From Ilumatobacteraceae bacterium (GTDB taxonomy: Bacteria > Actinomycetota > Acidimicrobiia > Acidimicrobiales > Ilumatobacteraceae), in the NCBI GenBank assembly GCA_963722415.1, contig CAVRNI010000026.1, forward strand, positions 58,362 to 122,361: 64,000 nucleotides of DNA, in the 5' to 3' direction. The translations under genes were made by a program, and so were the position numbers. The notes beneath the pieces are model-generated. The model was not told the origin of the DNA and made no database searches. It worked only from the letters and a program-made list of their open reading frames with translations. Positions within the stretch are counted from its first letter, which is position 1. Every line of letters begins with the position of its first letter. Shown here piece by piece: positions 1-11,672 of this stretch.

Positions 1-801
1 AGCTGCTGTCGATCACGACATCGACCGTCCACTACTACCCGGGCATGTACGAGGTCGCCGATGGCGCCGACGCGGTCCGCGCCGCGGCTCGCCGCCAGTT
101 CGCCCACGGCGCCGACCTGATCAAGGTCATGGCCACCGGGGCGATGCTGTCCTCGGAGACAGAGGACGCGCGAGCGATCCAGTACACGCTCGAGGAGTTG
201 AAGGCCGCGGTCGAGATCGCCCGCGACAACCACAAGCACGTCGCCGCCCACTGCCATGCGCTGCTGGGCATCGAGAACGCGGTCGAGGCAGGTGTCGACA
301 GCATCGAGCACGGCACGTTCGCCGACGACTCGGTGCTGATGCGGATGGCAGAGCAGGGCACGGCGCTGGTGCCGACGATCTGCGCCGGTGAACTGCTGTT
401 CCGCGACCTCGACGTGGTGGCGTCGATGCCGGAGCACCTACGCAACGCGGATGGCGGAGTTCAACGACGTGCACACCGCCGCCGTGCGCCGCGCCCACGA
501 GCTGGGCGTGACGATCGCGATGGGCACCGATGCCGGCACGCCGGGCAACCACCACGGGCTGAACGCCCACGAGTGCGTGTTCCTCGTCGAGCAGTGCGGG
601 CTCTCGCCGGCGGCGTCGATCCGATCGGCCACGCTCGACGCCGCCCGGCTCCTGCGTCAGGACCATCAGCTCGGCGTGCTCGACGTGGGCGCCTACGCCG
701 ACGTGATCGCCGTCAACGGCAATCCGCTCGACGACATCCACGAACTGACACGCGTGGCCGTGGTCGTCGCCGCCGGGGCGGTCGTCCGCAACGATCGTTG
801 A
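1..801 (+). CDS. Amidohydrolase-family metallo-hydrolase (5' end outside window; one frame switch near 445-455)
   Basis: The frame of ORF 45..845 reads GMYEVADGADAVRAAARRQFAHGADLIKVMATG...VDSIEHGTF. After about 450 the sensible text continues in the frame of ORF 388..801 (AEFNDVHTAAVRRAHELGVTIAMGTDAGTPGNHHG...ADVIAVNGNPLDD). This is the typical C-terminal half of prolidase/imidazolonepropionase-like amidohydrolases. Confidence 0.75.
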
Positions 802-819
802 CGCTCGGCGACGTGGGCG

Positions 820-1401
820 TCAACGTGACGGATCGCGGCCCGTGAACGCGATGAGACGGTCCTGCTCGCTGAGCGAGCTGTCGGGGCCGCCGAACTCGAC
901 CGCTGCGCCATAGAGGTCAGGTTGGCGCATCGTCTCCTGATCCCGCGCCACGTACCCGGCGTAGACGAGTCGCACGGCGTCCGGGTCGAGCGTGTCGTCG
1001 AGGCCAGCGGCGCGAGCGATGTCCCACGTGTGCACGAACGTGTCGGCGCCCATCAGCCCGAGGTAGTCATCGAGTGTCATCTCACCCAGCCTCGACTTGA
1101 CCGGTGTCTGCAACGCGCCGCGCCGATCGGTCGCCGTCAGATAGCGGTCGCGGATCTGGCGGAACGACTCGACCGGATCGGCTCCGGCGATGGAGGCGAC
1201 GTCACCGAACGCGTCGACGAGAGCTCCCACCCCGCCGCGGGCGGCGACGTTGTTGACGACGCCCATCGCGTGGCCGGCGACTTGTCGGGTGGTCCATTCC
1301 TCGCACGGCGACTGGTTCTCCCACGCGTCGGCCGGCACCGAGCGCAGCACGTGCTCGAACCCGAACAGGATCGCCGTGTACAACCGCAGGTTCTCGCTCA
1401 T
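820..1401 (-). CDS. DinB/mycothiol-maleylpyruvate-isomerase-like metal-binding protein (TIGR03086-like)
   Basis: The last 193 codons of ORF 820..2673 start at ATG 1399-1401: MSENLRLYTAILFGFEHVLRSVPADAWENQSPCEEWTTRQVAGH...FTGRDPSR. Upstream of this ATG the ORF text is Arg-rich out-of-frame noise. Confidence 0.7.
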   Translation of the reverse strand: MSENLRLYTAILFGFEHVLRSVPADAWENQSPCEEWTTRQVAGHAMGVVNNVAARGGVGALVDAFGDVASIAGADPVESFRQIRDRYLTATDRRGALQTPVKSRLGEMTLDDYLGLMGADTFVHTWDIARAAGLDDTLDPDAVRLVYAGYVARDQETMRQPDLYGAAVEFGGPDSSLSEQDRLIAFTGRDPSR

Positions 1402-1524
1402 CCTCGGACAGTACGACAGACCCGGCGCGGAGTCGTCGGGAGCAGCCGCCGGTGCACATCGGACAGAACGATTTTCGCGACCGTCGGTGCAACGATTCGG
1501 ACAGCTCCGGATCTGGGCACGGCT

Positions 1525-1639
1525 CGTCCCCGGAGTCGGACTAGGTCCCGGTTGGTGGGGGGCCGGTCCGACACGTGGCTGAACTGTCGTCCCCGGGGAT
1601 CGGACTAGGTCCCGGTTGGTGGGGGGGCCGGTCCGACAC
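1525..1639. repeat. Direct duplication of about 50 bp carrying the 3' end and stop codon of the LCP gene
   Basis: cgtccccgg..tcggactaggtcccggttggtgggggg(g)ccggtccgacac occurs at 1525-1574 and 1588-1639. The copies differ by a G6/G7 run and a 2-3 nt indel. The second copy encodes ...GVGPAPPPTGT-stop of the LCP gene on the minus strand. Confidence 0.9.
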
Positions 1640-2673
1640 CGCGGAAGTAGTCGAGGATCACTTCCGAGCCTTCGTCCAGGCGCAGGATCGCATTGCCGTT
1701 GACCTCGTCGCCGTACACCGGCAGCGTGTAGGTGTCGAGCTTCTCGGCGGCCGCCCGGCGCAGCGCCTCGCCCGCCTTGATCGGGTCGACCGAGGCATCG
1801 ATGCGGACCGACGACACGACCGCGTCGAGCACGCCTCCGGAACCGAACGGCGACGACTGCAGGTTGACGAGGGCGCCGTTGACGGCGGCCCGCATGAAGA
1901 GCTGTTGACGCTCGATGCGACCCAGGTCGGAGCGCGGGTCGATCCGCCATTCGCCGTCGCGGAACTCCTCGTAGTAGCGACTGCGTGCGTAGGCGAGCGA
2001 TTGGACGCCGTCGAGCTTCTGGCATCCGGGTTGCAGGTCGAGGCCGGTGTGCAGGTCGCGGGTGGCGAACTCGATGCAGATCTCGACGCCTCCGATCTCG
2101 TCGATGATCCGCTTGAACCCGACGAAGTCGACTTCGACGTAGTGGTGGATCGGGATGCCCAACGACTTGGGTGATCGTCGATGCCAACTGTTGCGGGCCA
2201 TCGGAGTAGGCGCTGTTGATCCGGTTGGACTCACCCGTGCCGGCGATCTCGACCCACAGGTCGCGGGGAAGGCTGAGCAGCGCCGCCCCACCGTCCTTCT
2301 CGCGCCGCAAGATCATGATCGTGTCGCTGCGGCGTCCGCTGACCTCCGCCGTGTCGCCGATCCCACCGAAGTCGGGCGAGTTGGGATCGACACCCTCGCG
2401 CGTGTCCGATCCGACGAGGAGGTAGTTCTCAGCCGGACCGTCGTCGGGGACCGACGTGAGCACCAATTCGAGGCCGCCGACCCGAACGATGTCGTCGGTT
2501 CTCCGATCGGCGGCGCGGAGCACCCCGGTGGTGCCGACGACACCGACGACGCCGGCGAGGAACACCATCATCGGGATGGGGCTCCGGACGCGTCGGCGGC
2601 GACGGGCCGCTGGGGGGTCGGCCGGGATCACGGTCCGCAACGGTACCGGGCCAACCGCGCGGGTTGTTGGCAC
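1605..2673 (-). CDS. LytR-CpsA-Psr (LCP) family cell-envelope protein, one frame switch near 2165-2175
   Basis: The N-terminal part (frame of ORF 820..2673) has a TM segment MMVFLAGVVGVVGTTGVL and SDTIMILRREKDGGAALLSLPRDLWVEI...INSAYSDGPQQLASTITQ. It continues in the frame of ORF 1605..2291 as SLGIPIHHYVEVDFVGFKRIIDEIGGVEI...ARSRYYEE. Start codon uncertain (GTG 2673, or internal GTG/ATG). Confidence 0.8.
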
Positions 2674-2741
2674 CGCCGTGTGTCACACCGTGTGTCGGGA
2701 CGGCCCGCGGTCATCCCGACTCGGGTCGGACCGAGCCGCGG

Positions 2742-3477
2742 TCACGCGGGCGGTGCGGCGTCGCGCACGTGCACGACATCGCCGACGTCGAGGCGGTGGC
2801 TGAGCCCACACGTGTCGACGACGACCAAGCGGCCGTCGCCGTCGATGTCGACCGCCCGCCCCTCGATCCGTCCACTGGGCACCTGCACGTCGACGCGCCG
2901 TCCGAGGGTTGCCAGCGCCGCCCGGTACCTCGGCCCGATGTCGTCGGGAAGGGCGTCGAACGCGGTGAGCAGCGCGGCGAGCAGGTCGAGTGGCGTCGGC
3001 CCACCCGAAGCTGCGTCGTGCAACGACGCCGCGCCTTCGGGCGCCCAGCCGACGTTCAAGCCCAGCCCCACCACGATCGAACCGTCGGCCGCCTGCTGGG
3101 CGAGGATCCCGGCCAGCTTGCGATCGTCGAGCGAGGAGGTCGTTCGGCCACTTCAGCACCGCCTCGACCCCTGCCGCCACGAGGCAGGCGTCGATCGCGG
3201 CCAGTCCGACCCGCTGCGTCAGTGCCGACGGCGGGGACGGCACCGTCCGGAACAGGATCGACACCAACAGGTTGACGCCCGGCGGCGCGTTCCAGCGCCG
3301 GTCGAGACGACCACGTCCCGCCGTTTGATGATCGGCGACGAGCACACTGCGATCGGGCGCGCCGGTTGCGGCGGCCGCGAGCAGGTCGTCGTTCGTGCTG
3401 CCGGTCTCCGATACATGGCTGACGTTCCATCCGGCGGGCCACGGCTGGTCGCGCGGCGTGCGGTCGGGAACAGTCAT
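2742..3477 (-). CDS. birA: Biotin-[acetyl-CoA-carboxylase] ligase, group I (no N-terminal HTH), one frame switch near 3132
   Basis: MTVPDRTPRDQPWPAGWNVSHVSETGSTNDDLL...HQTAGRGRLDRRWNAPPGVNLLVSIL...VLKWPNDLL, then (frame of ORF 2742..3074) DDRKLAGILAQQAADGSIVVGLGLNVGW...GRIEGRAVDIDGDGRLVV. Deleting one C in ctcctcgCtcgacgat restores a single frame. Confidence 0.85.
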
Positions 3478-5266
3478 GGTGCGTACATTGTCAGGCGTGC
3501 TGCAGAGGATCCTGATCGCCAACCGCGGCGAGATCGCCGTGCGCGTCATCCGCGCCGCTCGCGAGCTCGGCATCGAGACCGTTGCGGTCTACTCCGAGCT
3601 CGATCGGGACGCGCTGCACGTCCGGCTCGCCGACCAGGCGTTCGCGCTCGGCGGGCAGACCGCGGCCGAGAGCTACCTGAACACCGACGCCATCCTCGGC
3701 GCGATCCGTGACAGTGGCGCCGACGGCGTCCACCCCGGTTACGGCTTCTTCTCCGAGAACGCCGACTTCGCCACCGCGATCACCGACATGGGCGTGGCGT
3801 TCATCGGCCCGCCGCCATCGGCCATCACCGAGATGGGCGACAAGGTCTCGAGCCGGCTCGCCGCCCAACGCGGCGGCGCTCCGATCGTGCCCGGCACCAC
3901 CGAGTTCGCGAAGGGTCCGGACGACATCGTGGCGTTCGGCGAGGCCAACGGCTGGCCGATCGCGATCAAGGCTGCCTTCGGCGGTGGTGGCCGAGGGATG
4001 AAGGTCGTGGAATCGGCGGCCGAGGTGGCCGACGCGATGGCGAGCGCGCAGCGCGAGGCGAAGAGCTTCTTCGGTCGCGACGAGGTGTACGTCGAGCGGT
4101 ACCTCACGTGGCCACGCCACGTCGAGGTGCAGATCGTCGGCGATCAACACGGCGACGTGGTGTGGGTCTCGACACGCGACTGCTCGGCGCAACGACGCCA
4201 CCAGAAGTTGATCGAGGAGGCGCCCGCACCCGGACTCCCCGACGGGGTCGAGGCGGCGATGGGCGACGCCGCGGTCAAGGCCGCCAAGGCGGTCGGCTAC
4301 TACAACGCCGGGACCGTCGAGTTCATCTACCAGGACGGTGACTTCTTCTTCCTCGAGATGAACACCCGCCTCCAGGTCGAGCACCCCGTCACCGAGGTGA
4401 TCACCGGTCTCGACCTCGTCGAGTGGCAGATCCGGGTCGCCTCCGGCGAGCCCCTGCCGCTCACCCAGGAGGAGGTGCTCGCGCTCCGGCGCGGCCACGG
4501 CATCGAGATCCGCATCAACGCCGAGGACCCGGCTGGCGGACGCTTCCTCCCGTCGCCCGGCCGGATCACCAAGCTCGTCGCACCCGACGGGTTCGGTGTC
4601 CGTTTCGACAGCGGCTACGAGTCGGGCGACGAGATCAGCCAGTTCTACGACAACCTCGTCGGCAAGGTCATCGTCTGGGGCAAGGACCGCGACACCGCGA
4701 TCGCGCGTGCTGTCCGGGCGCTGGAGGAGATGACGGTCGAAGGTGTCGCCACGACGATCCCGGCCGATCTGGCGATCCTGCGCCACCCCGACTTCGTCGC
4801 CGTCGAGCACTCGACGCGGTGGGTCGAGCAGAACCTCGACCTGTCCGGCCTGGCGCCGGCCGGGCCTTCGTCGCCGGAGGCAGGCGCCGACGACGAGCCG
4901 ACCGAACCGCTGGTCCAGCGGCGAACGACGGTCGAGGTCAACGGCAAACGCTTCGATGTGACGGTGTGGGTGCCCGAAGGGGCGACCACCGCCACGCCGG
5001 CCAAGGCCAAGCCGAGGCGATCCGCCGCAGGCAGCGGCGCAGCCGGCGGCGGGAGCGGCGATGTGACCGTCCCGATGCAGGGAACGATCGTCAAGGTGCT
5101 CGTGGAGGTCGGTCAGGCGGTCGAGGTCGGCCAGGGCATCGTCGTGCTCGAGGCGATGAAGATGGAGAACCAGATCAACGCCGAGAAGGCCGGCACGATC
5201 AAGGCCATCAAGGTCGTGCCCGGCGACACCGTGGGCGGCGGCGACGTTGTCGCCGTCATCGAGTGA
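3476..5266 (+). CDS. accA: Acetyl/propionyl-CoA carboxylase alpha subunit (biotin carboxylase + BCCP domain)
   Basis: ORF 3395..5266: RILIANRGEIAVRVIRAARELGIETVAVYSE, ATP-grasp core, C-terminal biotinyl motif VVLEAMKMENQI. Start is ATG 3476 or GTG 3496; the earlier ORF start is unlikely. Confidence 0.93.
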   Translation: MVRTLSGVLQRILIANRGEIAVRVIRAARELGIETVAVYSELDRDALHVRLADQAFALGGQTAAESYLNTDAILGAIRDSGADGVHPGYGFFSENADFATAITDMGVAFIGPPPSAITEMGDKVSSRLAAQRGGAPIVPGTTEFAKGPDDIVAFGEANGWPIAIKAAFGGGGRGMKVVESAAEVADAMASAQREAKSFFGRDEVYVERYLTWPRHVEVQIVGDQHGDVVWVSTRDCSAQRRHQKLIEEAPAPGLPDGVEAAMGDAAVKAAKAVGYYNAGTVEFIYQDGDFFFLEMNTRLQVEHPVTEVITGLDLVEWQIRVASGEPLPLTQEEVLALRRGHGIEIRINAEDPAGGRFLPSPGRITKLVAPDGFGVRFDSGYESGDEISQFYDNLVGKVIVWGKDRDTAIARAVRALEEMTVEGVATTIPADLAILRHPDFVAVEHSTRWVEQNLDLSGLAPAGPSSPEAGADDEPTEPLVQRRTTVEVNGKRFDVTVWVPEGATTATPAKAKPRRSAAGSGAAGGGSGDVTVPMQGTIVKVLVEVGQAVEVGQGIVVLEAMKMENQINAEKAGTIKAIKVVPGDTVGGGDVVAVIE

Positions 5267-6813
5267 CCCTCCCCCTCCACCCGATCGAGATCAGGGGCGC
5301 CGGGCTGTCGATCGCCGATGTCGTCGCCGTCGCCCGGCACGACACCCCGGTCAGCTTGGCCGACTCGGCCCGTGAGGAGATGGTCCGGTCAGCCACCCTC
5401 GTCGACGGCTTCATCGCCGGCGACCGTCCGGTCTACGGCGTCACCACCGGGTTCGGCTCGCTCGCCGACACCGTGATCCCGCACGAGCGCACCAGCGAGT
5501 TGCAGGTGGCCCTCATCCGCTCCCATGCGGCCGGCATGGGCGAGCCGGTCGAGCGCGAGGTCGTGCGGGCGATGCTCCTGTTGCGCGCCAGGAGCCTCGC
5601 GATGGGCCGGTCGGGCGCCCGCCCGTTGCTGGTCGACCAGCAGTTGGCGCTGCTCAACGCCGGCCTGACGCCCCTCGTGCCCGAGCACGGCTCGCTCGGG
5701 GCCAGCGGCGACCTGGCGCCACTCGCCCACTGCGCGCTGGCGATGATCGGCGAGGGCCATGTCACGATCGACGGGAACATCACGTCGTCCGACGAGGCGC
5801 TCGCCGGCGCCGGCATCGAGCCGGTGGTGCTCCGCGCCAAGGAGGGGCTGGCCCTCATCAACGGCACCGACGGCATCCTGGGGATGCTCTCGCTGGCGAT
5901 CACCGACCTCGAGGTCCTCGCCCGCCTCGCCGACGTGACGGCCGCGATGAGCGTCGAGGCGTTGCTCGGCACCGACCGCGCGTTCGCCGCCGATCTGCAG
6001 GCGTTGCGGCCGCAGGTCGGGCAGGCCGTCAGCGCGGCCAACCTGCGCCGCCTGCTCGCCGGTTCGGCGATCGTGGCCAGCCACCGCGAGGGCGATCCCC
6101 GGGTGCAGGACGCCTACTCCTTGCGGTGCACGCCGCAGGTGCACGGTGCCGCGCTCGACACCATCGCCCACGCCCGCACGATCGCCGAGCGCGAGCTCGA
6201 CGCCGCGATCGACAACCCGATGATCCTGCCCGACGGGCGGGTCGAGTCGTGTGGCAACTTCCATGGCGCACCGCTGGGCTTCGTGTGCGACTTCCTCGCG
6301 ATCGCGGTGTCGGAGCTGTCGGCGATCAGCGAACGCCGTACCGACCGGCTCCTCGACGCCACCCGATCGCACGGCCTGCCGCCGTTCCTCGCGCCCGATC
6401 CTGGCGTCAACTCGGGGATGATGATCGCCCACTACACGCAGGCCGCGATGGCGACGGAGAACAAGCGCCTCGCGGTGCCGGCGAGTGTCGACTCGCTGCC
6501 GACGAGCGCGATGCAGGAGGACCACGTGTCGATGGCGTGGTCGGCCGCCCGCAAGCTGCGCCGCAGCGTCGACAACCTGCGCCGGGTGCTGGCCGTCGAG
6601 TTCGTGTGCGCGGCGCGTGGGATCGATCTGCGGGCGCCCCTCGAACCGGCCGCCGGCACAGGCGCCGCCGTCGGCGCCCTGCGCGGGCGGGTCGACGGCG
6701 CCGGGCCCGATCGGTGGCTGTCGCCCGAGCTCGGTGCGGCCGAGGATCTGATGCGCTCTGGCGCCGTGCTGGACGCGGTGGAGTCAGCGATCGGAACGCT
6801 CGATGTGGTGTAG
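5263..6813 (+). CDS. hutH: Histidine ammonia-lyase
   Basis: The last 516 codons of ORF 4423..6813 start at GTG 5263, which overlaps the accA TGA (GTGA). Contains YGVTTGFGSLAD and the MIO-forming GSLGASGDLAPLAH motif. Confidence 0.93.
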   Translation: MTLPLHPIEIRGAGLSIADVVAVARHDTPVSLADSAREEMVRSATLVDGFIAGDRPVYGVTTGFGSLADTVIPHERTSELQVALIRSHAAGMGEPVEREVVRAMLLLRARSLAMGRSGARPLLVDQQLALLNAGLTPLVPEHGSLGASGDLAPLAHCALAMIGEGHVTIDGNITSSDEALAGAGIEPVVLRAKEGLALINGTDGILGMLSLAITDLEVLARLADVTAAMSVEALLGTDRAFAADLQALRPQVGQAVSAANLRRLLAGSAIVASHREGDPRVQDAYSLRCTPQVHGAALDTIAHARTIAERELDAAIDNPMILPDGRVESCGNFHGAPLGFVCDFLAIAVSELSAISERRTDRLLDATRSHGLPPFLAPDPGVNSGMMIAHYTQAAMATENKRLAVPASVDSLPTSAMQEDHVSMAWSAARKLRRSVDNLRRVLAVEFVCAARGIDLRAPLEPAAGTGAAVGALRGRVDGAGPDRWLSPELGAAEDLMRSGAVLDAVESAIGTLDVV

Positions 6814-6840
6814 ACGCCCAAGGTTGCTCTGGAGGACGCG

Positions 6841-8502
<1,662 letters not shown>

Positions 8503-8504
8503 AG

Positions 8505-9080
8505 GTGGCCGTTCGGGAGATCCTCACCGTGGGGCATCCGGTGCTGCGCGAGCGGGCGCGGGAGGTGTCGGCCGACGAGCTCGCCGGCCACGAGATGCAG
8601 ACGTTGATCGACGACCTCATCGACACCATGCACGCCGCCAACGGCGCCGGGATCGCGGCTCCGCAGATCGGTGTGTCGGTGCGCATCGCCACGATCGAGG
8701 TGAACCACAACCCGCGCTACCCGTACAAGCCGCCGATCCCGCTCACGGTCGTGGTCAATCCGGTGATCGAACCGATCGACGACGAGCAGGTCGAGATCAA
8801 CGAGGGCTGCCTGTCGGTTCCGAACCTGCGGGGCAACGTGATGCGCGCGGTCAACATCCGCGTCCGCTCGCTCGACCGCGACGGCGGCGAACACGACGAG
8901 ATCAAGCGCGGTCTCACCGCCGGCACGTATCAACACGAGTGCGATCACCTCGACGGGATGCTCTTCCTCGATCGCGTCCACGACACCCGGTCGCTGACGA
9001 CGTGGGAGCAGTTCGAGCTCCATCACCGCGACGCGTTCGTGAGCCGGATCACCGAGTTCGTCCGCCGGGTCGGTTCGTGA
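8505..9080 (+). CDS. def: Peptide-deformylase-family protein embedded in the hut operon
   Basis: GTG 8505 lies 2 nt after the hutU stop. All three PDF motifs are present: GAGIAAPQIG, EGCLSVP, QHECDHLDG. The stop overlaps the hutF GTG (GTGA). Confidence 0.85.
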   Translation: MAVREILTVGHPVLRERAREVSADELAGHEMQTLIDDLIDTMHAANGAGIAAPQIGVSVRIATIEVNHNPRYPYKPPIPLTVVVNPVIEPIDDEQVEINEGCLSVPNLRGNVMRAVNIRVRSLDRDGGEHDEIKRGLTAGTYQHECDHLDGMLFLDRVHDTRSLTTWEQFELHHRDAFVSRITEFVRRVGS

Positions 9081-10412
9081 CGACGAGCTACTGGTGCGAG
9101 CTGGCGTGGCTCGGCGGCGACACCGTCACCGCCGGTGTTTCGATCGACGTCGATGGTGATCGCATCACGGCCGTGCGCCCAGCCGTCACCGAACCGCCTC
9201 CGACCGCGACCCGCCTCGCGGGCCTCACCCTGCCGGGACTCGCCAACGCCCACAGTCACGCCTTCCACCGGCTGTTGCGGGGTGCCACCCAGATCGGCGT
9301 CGGCTCGTTCTGGACGTGGCGCGAGCAGATGTACGCGGCGGCCGAGCACTTGACGCCGGAGTCGTACCACCGGCTCGCGACGGCGGTGTTCGGTGAGATG
9401 GCGCTCGCCGGCATCACGTGCGTCGGCGAGTTCCACTACGTCCACCATGACGCCGGCGGGGTGCCGTACGACGATGCAGAACGCGATGGGGGCGGCGCTG
9501 ATCGCCGCCGCCGCGACGGCCGGCATTCGCATCACGTTGCTCGACACCTGTTACCTGCACGGCGGCATCGGGGTCGAGCTGGATCCGGTTCAACGGCGCT
9601 TCGGCGACGGCGATGCGCTCGGGTGGGCGACGCGCGCCTCGGACCTCGACCGGTTGACATCGGCGACGGCGCGCGTCGGCGCCGCGATCCACTCCGTGCG
9701 GGCGGTCGACCCAGCGTCGGCCGAGGTCGTCGGGGCGTGGGCCGCGGAGCGCGACGTTCCGTTGCACTGCCACGTTTCGGAGCAGCCGGCCGAGAACGAA
9801 CAGTGCGTCGCCGCGTACGGCGTCACACCCGTCGGCCTCCTCGACCGGCACGGATTGCTCGGCGAGCGCTTCAGCGCCGTCCACGCGACCCATCTCACCG
9901 ACGCCGACGTCGTCACGCTGGGTGCCAGCCGATCGACGGTGTGCCTGTGCCCGACGACCGAGCGCGACCTCGCCGACGGCATCGGCCCGGCGCGGGCACT
10001 GCGCGACGCTGGATCGGCGCTCGCCCTCGGCTCCGACTCACATGCCGTGATCGACCTGTTCGAGGAGTCGCGTGCGGTGGAGCACCACGAGAGGTTGGCG
10101 AGCCTCGTGCGCGGCAACCACGACGCGCCGAGCCTGCTGCGGGCGGCCACTGCCAACGGATACACCAGCCTCGGCTGGCCGGAGGGCGGGCGGCTGGAGG
10201 TGGGTGCGCTGGCCGACCTGTGCACGGTGCGCCTCGATTCGGTGCGGTTGGCCGGCGCCCGCCGCGAGCAGTTGCTCGAGTCGGTGGTGTTCGCGGCGTC
10301 GGCGGCCGACGTCGACCACGTCGTCGTCGGCGGAGACGTGATCGTCCGTGACGGCACTCACGTACGTCTCGATGTGGCAGCCGACTTGGCGCGCGCCGCG
10401 GAGGCCGTGTGA
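9077..10412 (+). CDS. hutF: Formimidoylglutamate deiminase, one frame switch near 9476
   Basis: N-terminal frame (ORF 8939..10351): [13 protein letters not shown]...[18 protein letters not shown]...[17 protein letters not shown]. It continues in ORF 9393..10412: [25 protein letters not shown]...[12 protein letters not shown]...[10 protein letters not shown]. Confidence 0.85.
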
Positions 10413-11596
10413 CGACCACCGTGCTCGACCACATCGGCGTCCTGGTGACGAACGACGCGGCCAACGGTGGGGATGGGGATGCGGGTGCGCTCGGCGCGCT
10501 CACCGACGCCCACGTCGTGTTCGACGGCCCGTCGATCATCGGCGTCGGCACCGGCCGCGCGCCAGCCGCCGACCAGCGGATCGACGCCGGCGGGCGGTGC
10601 GTGCTGCCCGGCTTCGTCGACAGCCACACGCATCTCGTGTTCGCCGGCGACCGTTCCTCGGAGTTCGCATCGCGCATGGCCGGCCGCCCGTACGAGGCCG
10701 GGGGCATCAACGTGACGGTCGGCGCCACCCGGGCAGCGTCCGACGCGACGTTGCGGTCCCTCGCCGCTGCACGGCGCGACGAGGGACGCCGCGCCGGCAT
10801 CACGACGACGGAGATCAAGTCCGGTTACGGGCTCACGGCGATCGACGAGGCCAGGTGCCTCCGGATCGCCGGCGAGCTCACGGGCGAGACGACGTTCCTG
10901 GGTGCGCACGTCGTGCCGCCCGAGTACACCGATCGTGCCGACGCGTACGTCGAGCACCTCTGCGACGAGATGCTCCCCGCGTGCGCGCCCCACGCCCGCT
11001 GGATCGATGCGTTCTGCGAGACCGGCGCGTTCGACGCCGATCAATGCCGCGCCGTGCTCGACGCCGGGCGGGCCGCCGGGCTCGGGCTCCGACTCCACGC
11101 CAACCAGCTCGGGCCCGGTCCGGGAGTCGCCCTTGCCGTCGAGACGGGCTGCGCCTCCGCCGATCACTGCACGTACCTCACCGACGCCGACGTCGAGGCG
11201 CTGGCGGGCGGATCCACCGTGGCGACGTTCCTTCCGGCGACCGACTTCTCGACACGCCAGCCGTACCCGGACGCCCGTCGCGTCATCGACGCCGGAGCCC
11301 AGGTGGCGATCGCGACCAACTGCAACCCGGGCTCGAGCTACACGACGTCGATGTCGTTCTGCATCGCGCTCGCCGTGCGCGACATGCACATGACGCCCGA
11401 GGAGGCCGTGGCGGCGGCAACCGTCGGCGGGGCGAGAGCGCTCCGGCGCGACGACGTCGGGCGGATCGCGCCCGGCTGCCGCGCCGATCTCGTGATCCTC
11501 GACGCGCCGAGCTACACCCACCTCGTCTACCGGCCAGGCGTGCCGTTGATCGCCGTCACGATCGAGGCCGGCGAGACCGTCTGGCAGTCGCCGTAG
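10409..11596 (+). CDS. hutI: Imidazolonepropionase
   Basis: 395 aa: [22 protein letters not shown]...EIKSGYGL...LRLHANQL...ASADHC...ATNCNPGSS. The GTG start overlaps the hutF stop. Confidence 0.93.
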   Translation: MTTTVLDHIGVLVTNDAANGGDGDAGALGALTDAHVVFDGPSIIGVGTGRAPAADQRIDAGGRCVLPGFVDSHTHLVFAGDRSSEFASRMAGRPYEAGGINVTVGATRAASDATLRSLAAARRDEGRRAGITTTEIKSGYGLTAIDEARCLRIAGELTGETTFLGAHVVPPEYTDRADAYVEHLCDEMLPACAPHARWIDAFCETGAFDADQCRAVLDAGRAAGLGLRLHANQLGPGPGVALAVETGCASADHCTYLTDADVEALAGGSTVATFLPATDFSTRQPYPDARRVIDAGAQVAIATNCNPGSSYTTSMSFCIALAVRDMHMTPEEAVAAATVGGARALRRDDVGRIAPGCRADLVILDAPSYTHLVYRPGVPLIAVTIEAGETVWQSP

Positions 11597-11610
11597 ACCA
11601 CCCCACCGTT

Positions 11611-11654
11611 CTGTCTGCGTCAGATGCCGCGATGCGCGTATCTGAAGCAGACAG
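11611..11654. terminator. Long hairpin between convergent hutI and the DUF899 gene (bidirectional terminator candidate, no U-tract)
   Basis: ctgtctgcgtcagat (11611-11625) pairs with atctgaagcagacag (11640-11654). This gives a 15-bp stem with one mismatch and a 14-nt GC-rich loop. Confidence 0.6.
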
Positions 11655-11672
11655 TTCCGGGGTTGAACCGGG

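Noticed and set aside
3491-4810. Long antisense ORFs opposite real genes (e.g. 3491..4810-, 6784..8424-, 38218..40428+, 49501..51864+, 59797..61752+, 40452..41633-).
   Set aside because: Their translations are Arg/Gly/Asp/His-rich, low-complexity text with no recognisable motifs. They mirror well-supported genes on the other strand. This is the usual stop-codon-poor artefact of ~70% GC DNA.
4423-6813. 796-aa ORF suggesting a large fusion upstream of hutH.
   Set aside because: The first ~280 residues are out-of-frame read-through of accA (Arg/Pro/Gly-rich). Genuine HutH sequence begins at GTG 5263, which overlaps the accA stop.
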